From the NCBI GenBank assembly GCA_040235505.1, contig JBECKW010000136.1, positions 8,136 to 72,135 of the forward strand: a DNA stretch of 64,000 nt, in the 5' to 3' direction. The translations under genes were made by a program, and so were the position numbers. Shown one piece after another: positions 59,938 through 64,000 of this stretch. The notes beneath the pieces were generated by a model that was given only the letters and a program-made list of their open reading frames with translations, was not told where the DNA came from and searched no databases. The DNA comes from Desulfobacterales bacterium. GTDB lineage: Bacteria; Desulfobacterota; Desulfobacteria; Desulfobacterales; JAFDDL01. Numbering within the stretch: position 1 is the stretch's first letter; each line of letters opens with the position of its first letter.

Positions 59938-61767
59938 ATGACAGCCATTTCCGATACGCTTCGCGAAAAACTCTCCACCACTACCACATCTCCCGGGGTC
60001 TACCTGATGAAAGACGCCCAGGGGAAAATCATTTACGTGGGGAAAGCGCGAAATCTTAAAAAGAGACTTTCCTCCTATTTTCTCAAATCTTCTCCACCGG
60101 ACGTAAAAACGGCGGTTCTGGTTGAAAATATCGTCGAATTCGAAACCATTTTAACCGCGACGGAACATGAGGCGCTGATTCTCGAGTCCAACCTGATCAA
60201 ACGCCACCGGCCCAGATACAATGTCATTTTAAAAGACGACAAACGCTATCCCATACTTCGACTGGATGTGGCATCGCCTTATCCCATGCTGACTTTGGTA
60301 CGAAAGATCGAAAAGGATGATGCGCTTTATTTTGGTCCTTTTTCCTCGGCTGGTGCCGTTCAACAGACACTCAGGCTGATCAATCGAATGTTCATGCTCC
60401 GAAAGTGCCGTGGGGCTTCATTAAAAACCAGATCCCGGCCTTGTCTCAACTGCCAGATGAATCAGTGCCTGGCCCCCTGTTGCCGGGACGTGCCTCCGGA
60501 AGAATACGGGGAAATCGTCCGGGAGGTAATTCTCTTTTTAAGCGGGAAGACAACGGATCTTATATCGAAAATCAAGCAAGAAATGACGGTGGCGGCCGAA
60601 AGACAGAATTTTGAGAAGGCGGCAATACTTAGAGATAAAGTGTTTGCGCTTCAAAAAGTGCTTGAACGGCAGGTGGTCGTGACCACCGAACGTGTGGATC
60701 GGGATATCCTCGGCATTGCCACCCGTGACCGGATGTCGATCATTACGCTTCTTTTTGTCCGGAACGGAACCCTCGTCGGGACACGGCATTTTCATTTCCC
60801 GGACACGATATCAAACGATGTGGAAATGGTCGAATCTTTTCTGACCCAGTACTATGAACGCTCTCCTTTTGTCCCGTCCGAAGTCCTTCTGCCTTTAAAG
60901 GTGGAGAATCAGGACGTTCTGGAAACGCGGTTGGCCGAATTGCGTTCAAAAAAAGTTCGTATCCTGTCTCCCCGCCGTGGAGAAAAGAAAAAAATGATCG
61001 CCATGGCGATGGAGAACGCCAGAAACAGACTGGATGAAGAAATCCAGCACGCGTTGTCCGGGAAGCGGCTTTTGGAGAGGCTGAAGGTGCGTTTGTCGCT
61101 TTCGGATTTTCCGGTTCGGATCGAGTGCTTTGACAACTCGAATCTATATGGGACCCATTCAGTCTCCGGCATGGTGGTATTTGAAAACGGAAAACCCAAA
61201 AAATCCGCTTACCGGAAATTCGAACTCCGAAATGTGGCTTCACCGGATGATTACGCGTCCATGGCCGAAGTCCTCACCCGAAGATTCCAGAGGCTGGAAA
61301 CCTCCGATCCTCTTCCGAATCTCCTGATGGTGGATGGGGGAAGGGGACAGCTGAATATCGCCCTGTCGGTGCTTAAATCCAACGGTCTTTATGGAAAAAT
61401 GGATGTATTGGGAATCGCCAAAAAAGAACCCCAAAAAGGTGAGACAAACGATAAAATTTTTTTGCCTGGAAGAACAAATCCTGTCGTTTTCGGCAAGGAT
61501 GCGGACCTGCTGTTGTTTCTCCAGAGTGTTCGGGATGAAGCGCACCGGTTTGCGATTTCATTTTATAGGAAAAAGCACCGCTCAAAATCTTTTCAATCCA
61601 AACTTGATGAAATTCCCGGAATAGGGGAAAAAAGAAGGCAAACCCTGCTAACCCATTTTCGCAGCATCCATAGAATCGGGAGGGCGAATGTTTCAGAAAT
61701 TGCCGCTCTTCCCGGATTTAACAAACGGGTTGCAGAGAGGGTAATCGAGGTGTTAAGAAACTTATAA
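59938..61767 (+). CDS. uvrC: Excinuclease ABC subunit C
   Basis: GIY-YIG (PGVYLMKD...IIYVGKA), UVR domain FEKAAILRDK, Endo V-like domain and C-terminal HhH2. 609 aa. Confidence 0.95.
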   Translation: MTAISDTLREKLSTTTTSPGVYLMKDAQGKIIYVGKARNLKKRLSSYFLKSSPPDVKTAVLVENIVEFETILTATEHEALILESNLIKRHRPRYNVILKDDKRYPILRLDVASPYPMLTLVRKIEKDDALYFGPFSSAGAVQQTLRLINRMFMLRKCRGASLKTRSRPCLNCQMNQCLAPCCRDVPPEEYGEIVREVILFLSGKTTDLISKIKQEMTVAAERQNFEKAAILRDKVFALQKVLERQVVVTTERVDRDILGIATRDRMSIITLLFVRNGTLVGTRHFHFPDTISNDVEMVESFLTQYYERSPFVPSEVLLPLKVENQDVLETRLAELRSKKVRILSPRRGEKKKMIAMAMENARNRLDEEIQHALSGKRLLERLKVRLSLSDFPVRIECFDNSNLYGTHSVSGMVVFENGKPKKSAYRKFELRNVASPDDYASMAEVLTRRFQRLETSDPLPNLLMVDGGRGQLNIALSVLKSNGLYGKMDVLGIAKKEPQKGETNDKIFLPGRTNPVVFGKDADLLLFLQSVRDEAHRFAISFYRKKHRSKSFQSKLDEIPGIGEKRRQTLLTHFRSIHRIGRANVSEIAALPGFNKRVAERVIEVLRNL

Positions 61768-61852
61768 GCACTTGACATTTACTGAAAAAAGAAACAGAAT
61801 CATAAACCCGATGTCGTTACTGATCTTTCGCAAAGGGTTGAGAGGAAAATGC

Positions 61853-62776
61853 ATGGATACCAATCAAAAGGTTGAAAACCTATTAAAAACAGCCAAGCTT
61901 TATCAGGATCAAGGGTTGTTCAGGGAAGCCCGCAAGGCATATCAGGCAGCTTTCGATCAAATAGCATCAAGTGATCAGGCACACGATAAAGAGGAAACGC
62001 TTGCCGAACTTTCAAAAAAAATCGAATCGCTAGGTTTTACGGCCGAACATGTTGAATCCGCCCCAACCACCCAGGAACTGCCGGACGATGTCCAGGATCT
62101 GATTAAAAATTTGTTTTCCTTTTCCGAGAAGAAAGATTCGGATACAAAAGCGCTTATCGAAGCCGTCACCCTGGCAAAATTCGGACAGACCGAACGGGCC
62201 GTCGAGGAATTGACCGCACTGCTTGAAAAAAAGTCCGTAAAGATCGTCGCCGCAAAAAATATTCTCCGTTGTCACATCCTCTCGTCCGCGTATGGCAAAG
62301 CCGTTGCGGCTTACGAAACATGGATGCAGGAAAAAATCTTCTCCTCCAAAGAGTTGGAAAGCATACGCAATCTTCTGGAGCACCAATTAATTAAAAAAGG
62401 AATTCAGAAGCCGCTGCCGAAAATCACCGTCGTAGGCGCGGAAAACGACCAGCCGGCCGAGCTTGACAGCGAAAAAGCGAAACCGATGCTTGATATCGGA
62501 TCGGTGCTTATCAACTTCGATCAAGGGCCTTTGAAAGGCAAGCCGATTGAGTTGGATGTCAATTTCCAGACCGGCAATACGGTCAGTCTTCTTATCGAAA
62601 GCAAAGAAAAAAGCCTGTTGGATACGCTTAGCGTCGGTTTTCGTATGCGGGAAGTGCAGTTCAGGTCTTCCGTGGCAATTTTCAGAAGCGCCGGCATCGT
62701 TTCAGCCAAAATCAAGATTCACGAAGGGCCCAAAAAAGGAGATTATCTCATGGATATAAAAGTCCAGGACAGTTGA
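61853..62776 (+). CDS. Hypothetical protein: helical (TPR-like) N-terminal half and beta-rich C-terminal domain
   Basis: Start set at ATG MDTNQK (61853), with GAGAGG 7 nt upstream. LYQDQGLFREARKAYQAAF resembles a TPR helix pair. The C-terminal ~110 aa could be a PilZ-like barrel, but they lack RxxxR and DxSxxG. Confidence 0.5.
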   Translation: MDTNQKVENLLKTAKLYQDQGLFREARKAYQAAFDQIASSDQAHDKEETLAELSKKIESLGFTAEHVESAPTTQELPDDVQDLIKNLFSFSEKKDSDTKALIEAVTLAKFGQTERAVEELTALLEKKSVKIVAAKNILRCHILSSAYGKAVAAYETWMQEKIFSSKELESIRNLLEHQLIKKGIQKPLPKITVVGAENDQPAELDSEKAKPMLDIGSVLINFDQGPLKGKPIELDVNFQTGNTVSLLIESKEKSLLDTLSVGFRMREVQFRSSVAIFRSAGIVSAKIKIHEGPKKGDYLMDIKVQDS

Positions 62777-62847
62777 CTCTCCAACGTTTGTTAGACGGTT
62801 ATGGAAACGAATCAACTTGAGAATCTCATACAAACGGAGTTGCACGC

Positions 62848-63462
62848 ATGGCGATATTTAATTTAAAAAAGCGTGAAATAGAATGTAAACTCGTCTACTA
62901 TGGCCCCGGACGATGCGGCAAAACCACCAACCTGGAATATATATATAAAACCTTTAAAAAACAGGTCTCGGGCGATATGGTTTCCATCAACACGGAAGGA
63001 GATCGAACGCTTTTTTTCGATTTTCTTCCCATTGGCCTGGGGAAAATCAAAGGGTGTGATGTCAGGGTTCAGCTTTATACGGTCCCCGGCCAGGTCAAAT
63101 ACAAATCAACCCGAAAGCTCGTTCTGAAGGGTGTGGACGGCATTATCTTTGTTGCCGATTCGCTGGATGTTCGAAGAGAAAAAAACATGCTGTCTCTCAA
63201 GGACCTTCAACAGAATTTGAAAGACTACGGCATGAGCATCTTCAAGATCCCCCTGATTCTTCAGTACAACAAGCGGGATCTCGGGGAGCAGGGGATTCCG
63301 ATCATGCCGCTGGATCAGATGGAAAAAGAATTAAACAGCCAACTAAAGGCTCCTTCTTTCGCCGCCAGCGCGCTTTCAGGAGACGGCGTCGGAAAAACCC
63401 TTTCGGAAGGGCTGAAGTTGACACTGAAACATCTGCAAAAAGAGCTTCAGTGGGCCGGCTGA
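62848..63462 (+). CDS. mglA: MglA-type Ras-like small GTPase
   Basis: INCKIVYYGPG-like N-terminus (IECKLVYYGPGRCGKTTNL), DRTLFFDFLP, LYTVPGQV, LVLKGVDGIIFVADS and NKRD. It is collinear with Myxococcus MglA by eye. Confidence 0.88.
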   Translation: MAIFNLKKREIECKLVYYGPGRCGKTTNLEYIYKTFKKQVSGDMVSINTEGDRTLFFDFLPIGLGKIKGCDVRVQLYTVPGQVKYKSTRKLVLKGVDGIIFVADSLDVRREKNMLSLKDLQQNLKDYGMSIFKIPLILQYNKRDLGEQGIPIMPLDQMEKELNSQLKAPSFAASALSGDGVGKTLSEGLKLTLKHLQKELQWAG

Positions 63463-63486
63463 TAGTTGTGTTTTAAGAGGATATAA

Positions 63487-64000
63487 ATGAACGACATCGT
63501 TCTTTCAGGAAAACTTGAGTTTTTAGAATTGGCTGAGTTGCTGCAGCTTATCGGGAACAATGGAAGTTCCGGCGTTCTGCGTTTCAGAAGCCCACACGCC
63601 TCAAATCCCGCTTCCGTCTATATCGAAAAGGGAAATCCGATAAATGCTTCCAACGGATCCATTGTGGGACTGAATGCATTGTTGTCGCTCTTTGGATGGT
63701 CTGAAGGGGTCTTCGAGTTTTCCTCTGCCACAATACCGGTTAAAAAGGTTATTAACAAAAGCAGAATGGAAATCATTCTGGATGGCCTCAGGCTTATGGA
63801 CGATGGAAAAATAGAAAAAATAGGACCTCAGAATATGCGCGTTTCGAGCTCGGGAACAACCAAAAAACTGGATGGTATTACCGTACTCAAAGGACCGCTA
63901 GTGGATTATCTCTATATCGCCGATGAGGAAGCCTATCATGACGGCGATTTTATCGTGGAAGAGGGGAAGCATGGCAGCTGGATGTGGGTTGTTCTGGAAG
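63487..64000 (+). CDS. PATAN (DUF4388) domain protein with the start of a cNMP-binding-like domain (partial; continues beyond the window)
   Basis: Absent from the ORF track (no stop before the window end). Hand translation from the ATG at 63487 (RBS AAGAGGA) gives MNDIVLSGKLEFLELAELLQLIGNNGSSGVLRFRS...GLNALLSLFGWSEGVFEF, the DUF4388 pattern. This is followed by HDGDFIVEEGKHGSWMWVVLE, which resembles a cNMP-binding beta-roll. Confidence 0.68.
   Translation, partial: MNDIVLSGKLEFLELAELLQLIGNNGSSGVLRFRSPHASNPASVYIEKGNPINASNGSIVGLNALLSLFGWSEGVFEFSSATIPVKKVINKSRMEIILDGLRLMDDGKIEKIGPQNMRVSSSGTTKKLDGITVLKGPLVDYLYIADEEAYHDGDFIVEEGKHGSWMWVVLE

Overview
The window reads as ordinary chromosomal core genome, about 49% GC and densely coded on both strands. 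Gene content (T2SS-type pseudopilins, an MglA-type GTPase, a PATAN/DUF4388 protein, HD-GYP, HDOD and PilZ signalling proteins, a NIL-ferredoxin, an extra EF-G) suggests an anaerobic deltaproteobacterium (Desulfobacterota), but that is inference only. I support about 55 CDS, 2 tRNAs (Leu-CAG and a CAT-anticodon tRNA), a type-A RNase P RNA, several sigma-70-like promoters, one sigma-32-like promoter, a few intrinsic terminators and two repeat structures. Recognisable housekeeping genes are gspF/G, rsmB, fmt, def, ribF, mtaB, mnmA, an EF-G paralogue, rsmG, ygiQ, glgP, ahcY, htpG, hisB, hisA, dnaG, rpoD, ispD, ispF, cysS, uvrB and uvrC. I found no transposase, integrase, phage gene, CRISPR array, toxin-antitoxin pair or known defence gene, so nothing marks this as a mobile or accessory island. 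The candidates most worth follow-up are: (1) a divergent module of a membrane J-domain protein, a DUF2760-like protein and a 929-aa atypical Hsp70; (2) an orphan 450-aa protein with a C-terminal HPr domain next to rnpB; (3) an MglA GTPase flanked by a TPR-like protein and a PATAN/cNMP protein, with no MglB in view; (4) an EF-G paralogue apparently co-transcribed with a DnaB/RecA-like ATPase; (5) a NIL-ferredoxin/mnmA/mtaB tRNA-thiolation operon; (6) a 31-bp perfect palindrome built from tandem CGCAGATT units; (7) a structured GC-rich intergenic element. All functional calls come from motif recognition by eye in the supplied translations. No database search was run.
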